Source: an uncultured Streptomyces sp. (GTDB taxonomy: Bacteria > Pseudomonadota > Gammaproteobacteria > Burkholderiales > SG8-41). From it: a stretch of 44,123 bases of DNA. The stretch lies in contig CAZVDN010000001.1 of assembly GCA_964625665.1 (NCBI GenBank), forward strand, positions 15,082-59,204, read 5' to 3'. The notes beneath the pieces are model-generated. The model searched no databases and was not told the origin of the DNA. It saw nothing but the letters and a program-made list of their open reading frames with translations. Of this stretch, positions 21,209 to 29,569 are shown one piece after another; the first letter of the stretch is position 1; every line of letters starts with the position of its first letter. Position numbers and translations under genes: made by a program.

Positions 21209-21236
21209 CTCTAACTCACCCACGCTTAAGGGAAAA

Positions 21237-22328
21237 TTGAAGCTCGACTTCGAAATCATAGAGCGCCTCTTCAAGTCCAAGGCTCCCCCCTTGATCGGCT
21301 GCGACATCAGTTCGTCGTCGGTCAAGCTGGTTGAGATCTCGGAAACGGGCAAGGGACTTTACCGGGTCGAGCGTTATGTCATCGAGCCGCTGCCGCGCGA
21401 CGCCGTCGTCGACGGCAATATCAATAACCTTGATGCGGTCAGTGACAGCCTCAAGCGCGGCTGGAAACGACTCGGCACCAACGTCAAGAATCTGGCTCTT
21501 GCCTTGCCCACCGCGGCCGTCATTACCAAAAAGATCAATGTCCCCGCCGGCCAGCAGGAGAGCGAACTCGAAATCCAGGTCGAATCGGAGGCCAACCAGT
21601 ACATCCCGTTTGCCCTCGACGAGGTCAATCTCGATTTTCAGGTGCTCGGCCCCGCGCCCAACAGCCCGGAGGATGTCGAAGTCCTGATTGCCGCCTCGCG
21701 CAAAGACAAGATCGAAGACCGTATCGCGGCCGCCGAAGCGGCGGGTCTGAAAGCGCTGGTCATGGATGTCGAATCCTTCGCAACCCAGACCGCATTCGAG
21801 CTGATCGAACAGCAATTGCCCGAAAACGGCAAGGATCTGAACATCGCGATCGTCGATGTCGGCACGGCCGTCATGAACATGAACGTCCTGCGCAACGGCC
21901 AATCGGTGTATATGCGCGAGCAGCCGTTCGGCGGCAATCAGTTGACGCAGGAAATCCAGCGCGTGTTCGGCATGTCGCCAGAAGAAGCCGAAGCGGCCAA
22001 ACGCGCCGGCGGCCTGCCCGACAATTACGAGTCCGAAGTTCTGCTCCCGTTTCTTGACACCCTGGGCCTTGAAGTCGCGCGGGCATTGCAGTTTTTCTTC
22101 ACTTCGACCCAGTTCAACCAGGTAAATCACATCGTGATGGCCGGCGGCTGTGCGGCCATTCCGGGCATCGATGAAGTCGTCGCGCGCCGTGCATCGGTCA
22201 GCACCATGATCGCCAATCCTTTCGCGAACATGGCCCTGTCCTCGAAGATACGGCCGAAATACCTGACGACCGACGCGCCCTCGCTGATGGTGGCATGCGG
22301 CTTGGCCATGCGGAGGTTCGACGCATGA
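21237..22328 (+). CDS. pilM: Type IV pilus assembly protein PilM (actin-like ATPase fold).
   Basis: LIGCDISSSSVKLVEIS N-terminal phosphate-binding-like motif, VDVGTAVMNMNVL, IVMAGGCAAIPGI. It is the first gene of pilMNOPQ. The start is TTG 21237, preceded by AAGGGAAAA. Confidence 0.9.
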   Translation: MKLDFEIIERLFKSKAPPLIGCDISSSSVKLVEISETGKGLYRVERYVIEPLPRDAVVDGNINNLDAVSDSLKRGWKRLGTNVKNLALALPTAAVITKKINVPAGQQESELEIQVESEANQYIPFALDEVNLDFQVLGPAPNSPEDVEVLIAASRKDKIEDRIAAAEAAGLKALVMDVESFATQTAFELIEQQLPENGKDLNIAIVDVGTAVMNMNVLRNGQSVYMREQPFGGNQLTQEIQRVFGMSPEEAEAAKRAGGLPDNYESEVLLPFLDTLGLEVARALQFFFTSTQFNQVNHIVMAGGCAAIPGIDEVVARRASVSTMIANPFANMALSSKIRPKYLTTDAPSLMVACGLAMRRFDA

Positions 22329-23089
22329 TCCGCATAAACCTGCTGCCGCACCGCGAGATCAAGCGCAAGCGGCAACAAAAAGAGTTTTTCATCATGCTCG
22401 GCGCGGTGCTCGGTCTGGGTGCCGGCGCATGGTTTGCCGTTCACTCCTATCTGAGCGGCCAGCTTGAGGAACAGAACGGTCGCAACAGCTATCTCGAATC
22501 CGAGATTGCCGTGCTCGAAAAGCAGATCGACGAGATCAAGAAACTCAAAGAGCAGACCGAAGCACTGCTCCAGCGCAAGAAAGTGGTCGAATCGCTGCAG
22601 GCCAACCGTGCCGAAACGGTTTACCTGCTCGATCAGCTGGTTCGCCAGCTGCCCGACGGTGTATATCTCAAATCAGTCCAGCAAAAAGCGGCCAAAGTTA
22701 CCGTCAACGGATTCGCGCAGTCGAATGCCCGCGTGTCCACCTTCATGCGCAATCTGGAATCATCACCCTACTTAGAAAAGCCGGTCCTGATTGAAATTAA
22801 AGCGTTTTCGGACAAGACATCGCGACTGAGCGAATTCAGCCTCAATGTATCGCTGACGCGCAATAAAGAGGAATCGGCGACGACCAAAAAACCGGCCGCG
22901 AAACCGGTCGCCAGCGCGCCGGTCGCAACACCAACCGCGAACGTGACGGCCCAGCAGGGTCTGCCGGCCCCTGTCATCTCGGAAAAGGTCGCCACGCGCA
23001 CAAACGTTGGGACGCCGGCCAGAACAACCGCTGCAAATATCGCTGTGCCCAGTGTCGAAATCCCGGGCAACCTCGCCTCGCAAAGATAA
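22325..23089 (+). CDS. pilN: Type IV pilus assembly protein PilN, with an extended low-complexity C-terminal tail.
   Basis: MIRINLLPHREIKRKRQQKEFF (the conserved PilM-binding INLLP peptide), then a TM segment and a coiled coil. The ATG at 22325 overlaps the pilM stop (ATGA). The product is 254 aa, and the last ~75 aa are Ala/Pro/Thr-rich. Confidence 0.88.
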   Translation: MIRINLLPHREIKRKRQQKEFFIMLGAVLGLGAGAWFAVHSYLSGQLEEQNGRNSYLESEIAVLEKQIDEIKKLKEQTEALLQRKKVVESLQANRAETVYLLDQLVRQLPDGVYLKSVQQKAAKVTVNGFAQSNARVSTFMRNLESSPYLEKPVLIEIKAFSDKTSRLSEFSLNVSLTRNKEESATTKKPAAKPVASAPVATPTANVTAQQGLPAPVISEKVATRTNVGTPARTTAANIAVPSVEIPGNLASQR

Positions 23090-23094
23090 CGATC

Positions 23095-23733
23095 ATGATG
23101 ACACTCGACGATTTGCGGCGCCTTGATCCGAAGGAAATCGGCAGCTGGCCTGTCCTGCCCAAGCTCGGCGTATTGTTTATCGCCTTCCTGGCCTGCATCG
23201 CAGGCAGTTATTTTTTTGACTGGCAGGACCAGGTCGATTCGATTGACGCGGCCAAACGAAAAGAGCTTTCGTTGCGCGACACGTTTCTGGACAAGAAAAA
23301 GCAGGCGGTCGATCTCGACGCTTACCGCAAACAACTCGAAGACATCGAAAAATCCTTCGGCACGCTGCTCAAGCAGCTGCCGAGCAAATCCGAAATGGAA
23401 GCGCTGCTCACCGACATCAATCAGGCCGGTCTGGGCCGCGGCCTGCAATTCGAATTGTTCAAACCCGCCGCGACTGAAACGATGTCAGAGTTCTACGCTG
23501 AATTGCCGATCACCATCCGCCTGACCGGCAATTACCACGACATGGGCTCGTTCGCGAGCGATATCTCGAAACTGTCCCGTATCGTCCTTCTGAACGACAT
23601 CGGCCTGACCAGCACGTCGCAGGGCGGCATTTTGACCATGGACGCGGTGGCGAAAACGTATCGCTACCTCGATGAGGAAGAGATCTCCAAACAGAAGAAA
23701 GCGTCAGCTGGCAAGGCGGCGGCCAAGAAATGA
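23095..23733 (+). CDS. pilO: Type IV pilus assembly protein PilO.
   Basis: 212 aa with a TM segment (VLFIAFLACIAGSYFF), a coiled coil and a PilO-type C-terminal domain (ELPITIRLTGNYHDMGSFASDISKLSRIV). Its operon position also fits. Confidence 0.88.
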   Translation: MMTLDDLRRLDPKEIGSWPVLPKLGVLFIAFLACIAGSYFFDWQDQVDSIDAAKRKELSLRDTFLDKKKQAVDLDAYRKQLEDIEKSFGTLLKQLPSKSEMEALLTDINQAGLGRGLQFELFKPAATETMSEFYAELPITIRLTGNYHDMGSFASDISKLSRIVLLNDIGLTSTSQGGILTMDAVAKTYRYLDEEEISKQKKASAGKAAAKK

Positions 23734-24242
23734 TCCGCAATTTCACAATTCTCGCATTCGCGGTTCTCGCACTCGCATCGTGCGGCGGCGAACAATATTC
23801 GGATCTTCGCCAATTTGTTAAGGATTCCGACAATCTGCCTCGCGGACGCATTCCGCCCCTGCCGGACGTCAAACCCTACGAGCCCTTCTCTTACAACGCC
23901 TACGATCTCGTCGATCCGTTCAAGCCGCGCAAAATCGAACCGCCCAAAACGGCGGCGGGCGGCGGCATCCAGCCGGATCTCAATCGCCGCAAAGAGCCGC
24001 TTGAGGCCTACCCGATCGAAAATCTGCGAATGGTGGGCACACTGCAGCAGGGCAAAACCAATTTCGCGCTGGTCAAAAGTCCTGACAACAATTTATTCCG
24101 CGTGAAGCCCGGGAATTATCTGGGCCAGAATTTCGGACTGATCACCGAAATTTCCGAATCGACGATCAAATTGAAGGAAATCGTCCAGGACAGCGGCGGC
24201 GACTGGACAGAACGCATCAGCACGATGACGCTGGTTGAATAG
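23730..24242 (+). CDS. pilP: Type IV pilus assembly lipoprotein PilP.
   Basis: Lipobox LALASC, a Pro-rich linker and the PilP beta-domain (LEAYPIENLRMVGTL...ALVKSPDNNLFRVKPGNYLGQNFGLITEI). The ATG overlaps the pilO stop. Confidence 0.85.
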   Translation: MIRNFTILAFAVLALASCGGEQYSDLRQFVKDSDNLPRGRIPPLPDVKPYEPFSYNAYDLVDPFKPRKIEPPKTAAGGGIQPDLNRRKEPLEAYPIENLRMVGTLQQGKTNFALVKSPDNNLFRVKPGNYLGQNFGLITEISESTIKLKEIVQDSGGDWTERISTMTLVE

Positions 24243-24318
24243 ATTACAGCAGGCCGGTTGCCCGCCAAGCGTCCTTCGGGACCATGCAGCAAGAGCAGAG
24301 AAAACAGGAGACAGCACC

Positions 24319-26475
24319 ATGACAATCACCACCATCATGTTCCGCACCGCGACACGAATCGCCTGGGCGTTTGCCTTGAGCATTTTTGCGGCCGGCTCCA
24401 TCGCTCACGCTCAAACCCCTGCGGCACCTCTGGCAAACAGCATCCAGGCCATCGACGTTGCCGGTCAACAGGGCGGGAATATCATTGTCCGCATCACGCT
24501 CAAGGAACCGCTGGCGAATCCGCCGGCCGGGTTCACCATCAACAACCCGCCGCGCATCGCGTTTGACTTCCCGGGCACCGGTAATGCGCTGGGAAAAAAT
24601 TCGCAGGAAATCGGCGACGGTGATCTGCGACTGATGAACATCGTGCAGGCAGGCGACCGCACACGCGTGGTCATGAACCTCAATAAACCCCTCGGCTACG
24701 ATACGCGCATCGACGGAAAAACCGTCGTCATCACGCTGCAGGGCGCAGCCACCGGCACAGCCTCGGCGTCGTCACCGGCGACGGCGGTCACCTCGCATTT
24801 TGCCGAAGCCAAGATCAACGACAACCGCCATGCGTTGCGTGACATTACCTTCCGCCGCGGGCCGAACGGCGAAGGACGCATCATTGTCGATCTGTCGGAT
24901 AACGCCGTCGGCATCGATCTGCGTCAACAGGGCAAAAACCTCCTGATCGAATTCCAGAACACCTCGTTGCCGAAAAATCTGGAGCGCCGGCTCGATGTGC
25001 TCGATTTCGCCACCCCCGTGCAAACCATCGATGCCTTCGCGCAGGCCGGCAATTCACGCATTGCCATCGAACCCAAAGGGCTCTGGGAACATTCGGCTTA
25101 CCAGACGGACAACCGGTTCATCGTCGAAATCAAACCGATTGTCGAAGACCCGACCAAGCTCATCCAGGGTTCGCGCGTCGGTTACACCGGTGAAAAGCTC
25201 TCGCTCAATTTTCAGAACGTCGAAGTTCGCGCGGTGCTGCAAGTGATCGCCGACTTTACCGGGTTCAATTTCATCACCAGCGACACCGTCGGTGGCAACC
25301 TGACGCTGCGTCTCAAGGATGTGCCCTGGGATCAGGCGCTCGACATCATATTGCAGACCAAGGGTCTCGATATGCGCAAAAACGGCAACGTCGTCTGGAT
25401 CGCGCCGCGCGACGAGCTTGCCACCAAGGAAAAGCTCGCGCTGGAGGCACAAGCCCAGATCGCCGATCTCGAACCGGTGCGCACTGAATCCTTCCAGCTC
25501 AACTACCAGAAAGCCGATGCCATCCAGAAGCTGGTCGGCGACAAGGCACAGCCCATCCTGTCGAAACGCGGCAGCGCGGTCGTTGATGCGCGTACCAATA
25601 CATTGTTCGTGCAGGACACACCGAGCCGGCTCGAGCAGGTTCGCGCCCTGATCAAGAAAATCGACATCCCGGTGCGCCAGGTGCTGATTGAAGCGCGTAT
25701 TGTCGAAGCCTCCGACAACTTCAGCCGCAACCTTGGCGCCCGTCTCGGCATACACGACCGCTCGAACGGCCAGAGCATCTTGAACAGCAACAACCGTTTT
25801 GTAGTCGGCGGCAACCTGAACGACACGCTCTTTCATACCGGGCAGGTGTCGTCGCCGGTGCCGACGACGGCCGATTTCACTAACGTCAATCTGCCGACGA
25901 CCGGCTTGGGCGGTTCGGCCCCCGGCGTGTTTTCAATGATTCTCTTTAACGAAAGCCTGACGCGCTTCATCAACATGGAAGTCTCGGCGCTGCAGGCCGA
26001 CGGCAAGGGCAAAATCATATCGAGCCCGCGCGTCATCACCGCCGACCAGGTTGAAGCGACGATCGAACAGGGTACGCAAATTCCCTACCAACAGGCAACG
26101 TCGAGCGGTGCCACCGCCGTGTCATTCAAATCAGCCTCGCTCAGCCTGAAGGTCAAGCCGCAGATTACGCCTGACGACAACGTCATCATGGAACTCAACA
26201 TTCACAAAGACAGCGTCGGCACGGTGACGTCATCCGGCCCGTCTATCGATACCAAACAGATCACCACTTCGGTGCTCGTACAGAATGGCGGCACCGTGGT
26301 CATTGGCGGTATTTATTCGCAAACCGAAACCGATACCACCACCAAGATCCCGGTGCTGGGAGACGCCCCGTTTGTCGGGTTCCTGTTCCGCAACAACTCG
26401 AAGACCGACAACAAGAGCGAACTTCTGATTTTCATCAGCCCGCGCATTGTCAAAAGCAATCTGACGCTCCGTTAG
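24319..26475 (+). CDS. pilQ: Type IV pilus secretin PilQ.
   Basis: The signal peptide starts at ATG 24319, preceded by CAGGAGA; the track start at 24235 is rejected. It has two AMIN-like domains, secretin N-domains (LNFQNVEVRAVLQVIADFTGFNF) and a C-terminal secretin domain (VLVQNGGTVVIGGIY...IPVLGDAPFVGFLFRN...ELLIFISPRIV). Confidence 0.93.
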   Translation: MTITTIMFRTATRIAWAFALSIFAAGSIAHAQTPAAPLANSIQAIDVAGQQGGNIIVRITLKEPLANPPAGFTINNPPRIAFDFPGTGNALGKNSQEIGDGDLRLMNIVQAGDRTRVVMNLNKPLGYDTRIDGKTVVITLQGAATGTASASSPATAVTSHFAEAKINDNRHALRDITFRRGPNGEGRIIVDLSDNAVGIDLRQQGKNLLIEFQNTSLPKNLERRLDVLDFATPVQTIDAFAQAGNSRIAIEPKGLWEHSAYQTDNRFIVEIKPIVEDPTKLIQGSRVGYTGEKLSLNFQNVEVRAVLQVIADFTGFNFITSDTVGGNLTLRLKDVPWDQALDIILQTKGLDMRKNGNVVWIAPRDELATKEKLALEAQAQIADLEPVRTESFQLNYQKADAIQKLVGDKAQPILSKRGSAVVDARTNTLFVQDTPSRLEQVRALIKKIDIPVRQVLIEARIVEASDNFSRNLGARLGIHDRSNGQSILNSNNRFVVGGNLNDTLFHTGQVSSPVPTTADFTNVNLPTTGLGGSAPGVFSMILFNESLTRFINMEVSALQADGKGKIISSPRVITADQVEATIEQGTQIPYQQATSSGATAVSFKSASLSLKVKPQITPDDNVIMELNIHKDSVGTVTSSGPSIDTKQITTSVLVQNGGTVVIGGIYSQTETDTTTKIPVLGDAPFVGFLFRNNSKTDNKSELLIFISPRIVKSNLTLR

Positions 26476-26500
26476 CCGGTTCAGTCCTTCGCGCCCTCGG

Positions 26501-26526
26501 AAAACCCGGCTCAGGCCGGGTTTTTT
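26501..26526 (+). terminator. Intrinsic terminator-like hairpin downstream of pilQ.
   Basis: AAAACCCGGC-tcag-GCCGGGTTTTTT. It has a 6-bp GC core extendable by A-U pairs, followed by a 6-T run, and lies 26 nt after the pilQ stop and 50 nt before aroK. Confidence 0.7.
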
Positions 26527-26576
26527 GTGTCCGCGCCGGCGCATGGGCCGGAAACGATTCGGGCTAAAATGCAGGC

Positions 26577-27167
26577 ATGTCAGAACCACGCGAAAACCAG
26601 TCCGGTGATTTACGGATTCCAGGCAACATTTACCTTGTCGGATTGATGGGTGCGGGAAAAACATCGGTCGGACGCTATCTGGCAAAACACCTGGGCAAAA
26701 CCTTTTACGATTGCGACCACGAGATTGAACGTCGCACCGGGGTGAAAATCCCGGTTATCTTCGAAATCGAAGGGGAAGCCGGGTTTCGCGCCCGCGAATC
26801 AGCGGTCCTCGGTGAACTGACAAAACTCGAGAACATTGTTCTTGCAACCGGCGGCGGCGCGGTAATCCGGGCGGAAAACCGCGATCATCTGGCGCACAGC
26901 GGGACGGTGGTCTATTTGCGCGCAGCACCCGCCGACCTCTGGCGGCGCACTCGGAACGACCGCAACCGGCCGTTGCTGCAAACCGCTGATCCGCTGGCCA
27001 AGCTCGAGCAATTGTTTACCGAACGCGACCCCCTGTACCGCGAAGTGGCGACCGTCATCGAGGATACCGGCAGCCAAAGCGTGCGCAATCTGGCACATCG
27101 CCTGGAGCAGCGGCTCGCGGAACACTTTCGCGGCGCTTCAGCCGATAATGCAGGCGCAACCACCTAA
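26577..27167 (+). CDS. aroK: Shikimate kinase.
   Basis: Walker A motif [14 protein letters not shown], plus DCDHEIE and LATGGGAV motifs. Confidence 0.93.
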   Translation: MSEPRENQSGDLRIPGNIYLVGLMGAGKTSVGRYLAKHLGKTFYDCDHEIERRTGVKIPVIFEIEGEAGFRARESAVLGELTKLENIVLATGGGAVIRAENRDHLAHSGTVVYLRAAPADLWRRTRNDRNRPLLQTADPLAKLEQLFTERDPLYREVATVIEDTGSQSVRNLAHRLEQRLAEHFRGASADNAGATT

Positions 27168-27180
27168 ATAACAGACCCCT

Positions 27181-28272
27181 ATGCACACACTGGAAGTCAG
27201 CCTGGGAAACCGTGCCTATCCGATTTATATCGGGGCCGGCTTGCTCGCGCAGCCTGAATTGATCACCAGGCATCTGCCGCAAAAACGCGCCGCAATCGTT
27301 ACCGACAGCGTGGTGGCACCGCTTTACCTGCCGGCATTCTCCGCAACGCTCAAGCAAGCCGGCGTTGAGATCACGCCCATCATTATTCCCGCCGGTGAGC
27401 AGCACAAGGACTGGCAGTCTTTGAATGCGATATTTGACGCCCTGCTGGCGGCGCGATGCGAGCGCAAGACTGCGCTCATCGCGCTTGGCGGCGGTGTCGT
27501 CGGCGATTTGACCGGGTTTGCCGCGGCCACTTATCTGCGCGGTGTGCCGTTCATACAGATTCCGACCACGCTGCTCGCCCTCGTTGATTCTTCAGTCGGC
27601 GGCAAAACCGCCATCAACCATCCGCGCGGCAAAAACATGATCGGCGCGTTTTACCAGCCGCAGGCCGTCATCGCGGATACCACAACACTTGAAACGCTGC
27701 CGCAACGCGAACTCAGCGCGGGACTGGCAGAGGTCATCAAATACGGCCTGATTCGCGACCTGCCGTTTTTCGATTGGCTGGAAGAGCACATTGATGAATT
27801 GAACGCGCGCGAGCCTGACGCAATGGCCCATGCCGTGCGGCGATCCTGCGAAAGCAAGGCGGCCGTCGTCGCTGCCGACGAACGCGAGGAAACCGGCGAG
27901 CGCGCCCTGCTCAATCTTGGCCATACTTTCGGCCATGCCATCGAGTCGGGCATGGGTTACGGCAACTGGCTGCACGGCGAAGCGGTTGCCGCCGGCATGG
28001 TGGTCGCCGCACGGCTGTCGCACCTGATGGGCATGATCCGCGGCGATGATGTCGGCCGCATTGTTGCGCTCCTTGAGCGCGCGCGACTGCCGGTCGGCAT
28101 TCCTGATCTGGGCCTGGAAAAATATCTCCAGCTCATGGGGCACGACAAAAAGGTGGAGGGCGGAAAGCTGCGCTTTATCCTGATGCGTGAAATGGGCCGT
28201 GCGTTCCTGACTGCTGACGTGCCGCGCGACGCGCTGGCCGAAGCATTGAAAATATCGATCACCCGTGATTGA
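27181..28272 (+). CDS. aroB: 3-dehydroquinate synthase.
   Basis: [56 protein letters not shown] and HGEAVAAG metal-ligand motifs. Confidence 0.95.
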   Translation: MHTLEVSLGNRAYPIYIGAGLLAQPELITRHLPQKRAAIVTDSVVAPLYLPAFSATLKQAGVEITPIIIPAGEQHKDWQSLNAIFDALLAARCERKTALIALGGGVVGDLTGFAAATYLRGVPFIQIPTTLLALVDSSVGGKTAINHPRGKNMIGAFYQPQAVIADTTTLETLPQRELSAGLAEVIKYGLIRDLPFFDWLEEHIDELNAREPDAMAHAVRRSCESKAAVVAADEREETGERALLNLGHTFGHAIESGMGYGNWLHGEAVAAGMVVAARLSHLMGMIRGDDVGRIVALLERARLPVGIPDLGLEKYLQLMGHDKKVEGGKLRFILMREMGRAFLTADVPRDALAEALKISITRD

Positions 28273-29386
28273 TCTCGCTGAATACGCGGTCAGCGAAAAA
28301 AATTCCCGCGGCCGCCGGGTGCACGAGGCCGCGCCGACCGGCCGCACGGAGTTTCAGCGCGATCGCGACCGCATCATCCATTCGACCGCGTTTCGCCGGC
28401 TCGAATACAAAACGCAGGTCTTCGTCAATCACGAAGGCGACCTTTTCCGCACCCGCCTGACGCACAGCCTGGAGGTCGCGCAAATTGCGCGGTCGGTCGC
28501 ACGCAGTCTGCGCCTCAATGAAGACCTCGTCGAGGCCATCGCGCTTGCGCACGACCTCGGACACACACCGTTCGGGCATGCGGGACAGGATGCCCTGAAC
28601 CGCTGCATGCAGCCGTTCGGCGGCTTCGAACATAATCTGCAGTCGCTGCGCGTCGTCGACCTGCTCGAACGCCGTTACGCTGCATTTGACGGGTTGAATC
28701 TCTGTTTTGAAACGCGCGAGGGCATTCTCAAACATTGCTCGCTCAGGAACGCGCGTTTGCTCGGCGATGTGGGCGAACGCTTCATCAAACGCCGGCGCGC
28801 CTCGCTTGAAGCCCAGCTCGCCAATCTTGCCGACGAACTTGCCTATAACAATCACGATGTCGATGACGGGTTGCGATCGGGATTATTGACCATTGATCAG
28901 TTGTCAGAGGTCAGTCTGTTCGCGCGCCATCGCCAAGAGGTGCTGGACACGTATCCGAAGCTCGATGCACGGCGTCTGGTCCACGAAACCATTCGCCGCA
29001 TGATCAGCACGCTGGTTGTCGATTTGACGCGCCAAACCGTACGCAATATTCGCGACCACGCGCCGCGTTCGGTCGAAGACGTGCAAAAAGCGCCGCCGCT
29101 GGTTGCCTTCAGCCCGGCATTGGCGCGCCAGCAACAGGAATTAAAAGATTTTCTGCGTGAAAATCTCTACCGGCACTATCAGGTGTGCCGCATGACTGCC
29201 AAGGCCCGGCGCGTCGTAACCGAGTTGTTCGACGCCTTTCTGGCCGACGCCAAACTGCTGCCGCCCCAGTATCAGGCCAAAAAACCCGCAGATAAAGCCC
29301 GCATGGTCGCCGATTACATTGCCGGAATGACGGATCGCTATGCGATGCGTGAACACCGGCGCCTGTTCGCGGTCGATGAAATCTAG
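28265..29386 (+). CDS. dgt: Deoxyguanosinetriphosphate triphosphohydrolase-like HD-domain protein.
   Basis: [36 protein letters not shown] and [12 protein letters not shown] (HD motif). The start is GTG 28265 and overlaps the end of aroB by 8 nt. Confidence 0.88.
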   Translation: MIDLAEYAVSEKNSRGRRVHEAAPTGRTEFQRDRDRIIHSTAFRRLEYKTQVFVNHEGDLFRTRLTHSLEVAQIARSVARSLRLNEDLVEAIALAHDLGHTPFGHAGQDALNRCMQPFGGFEHNLQSLRVVDLLERRYAAFDGLNLCFETREGILKHCSLRNARLLGDVGERFIKRRRASLEAQLANLADELAYNNHDVDDGLRSGLLTIDQLSEVSLFARHRQEVLDTYPKLDARRLVHETIRRMISTLVVDLTRQTVRNIRDHAPRSVEDVQKAPPLVAFSPALARQQQELKDFLRENLYRHYQVCRMTAKARRVVTELFDAFLADAKLLPPQYQAKKPADKARMVADYIAGMTDRYAMREHRRLFAVDEI

Positions 29387-29438
29387 GCCCATTTTGCCGC
29401 GCCGCAACAACCGGCCGCGGTTCGCCGCAGGGTAAACA

Positions 29439-29468
29439 TTGATTATCAAGGCATTTCAAGGCCTTGAA
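29439..29468 (+). promoter_or_regulatory. Operator-like palindromes upstream of gltB: TTGATtATCAA (29439-29449) and the 14-bp perfect palindrome TTCAAGGCCTTGAA (29455-29468).
   Basis: Read directly from the sequence. The second palindrome overlaps the candidate -35 hexamer. No regulator can be assigned from sequence alone. Confidence 0.4.
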
Positions 29469-29492
29469 GTCAAACCTCTATGCCTGTATATT
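29464..29492 (+). promoter_or_regulatory. Candidate sigma70 promoter TTGAAG-N17-TATATT upstream of gltB.
   Basis: Hexamers at 29464-29469 and 29487-29492 with a 17-nt spacer. The predicted transcription start is near 29499, about 70 nt before the gltB GTG. Confidence 0.4.
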
Positions 29493-29523
29493 TCAGGGGT
29501 TTCGCCGCAATTATCGCAAATTC

Positions 29524-29553
29524 AGGCCGGTTGGCTTTCAACCGGCCTTTTTT
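29524..29553 (+). terminator. Intrinsic terminator-like hairpin in the dgt-gltB spacer, 17 nt upstream of the gltB start. It is either an attenuator or the dgt-operon terminator.
   Basis: AGGCCGGTT-ggctttc-AACCGGCCT, a 9-bp perfect stem (29524-29532 / 29440+100 positions 29540-29548), followed by TTTTT (29549-29553). Confidence 0.6.
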
Positions 29554-29569
29554 ACCCGTGAGGTAGTCC

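Noticed and set aside
21158-21352. 64-aa minus-strand ORF in the mrcA-pilM spacer, and small ORFs in the hemE-priA spacer (36764..37030, 36877..37092, 37043..37405).
   Set aside because: They overlap the starts of pilM or priA or run through AT-rich promoter-like DNA. They lack an SD and have no recognisable features, so they are most likely non-coding.
29532-29547. Sigma54-like element TGGC-N8-GGC inside the gltB-leader hairpin.
   Set aside because: The GG and GC dinucleotides have the right 12-nt offset, but the -12 region (CGGC) and the flanks match the TGGCAC-N5-TTGCW consensus poorly. The match lies within a perfect inverted repeat, which explains the sequence by itself.
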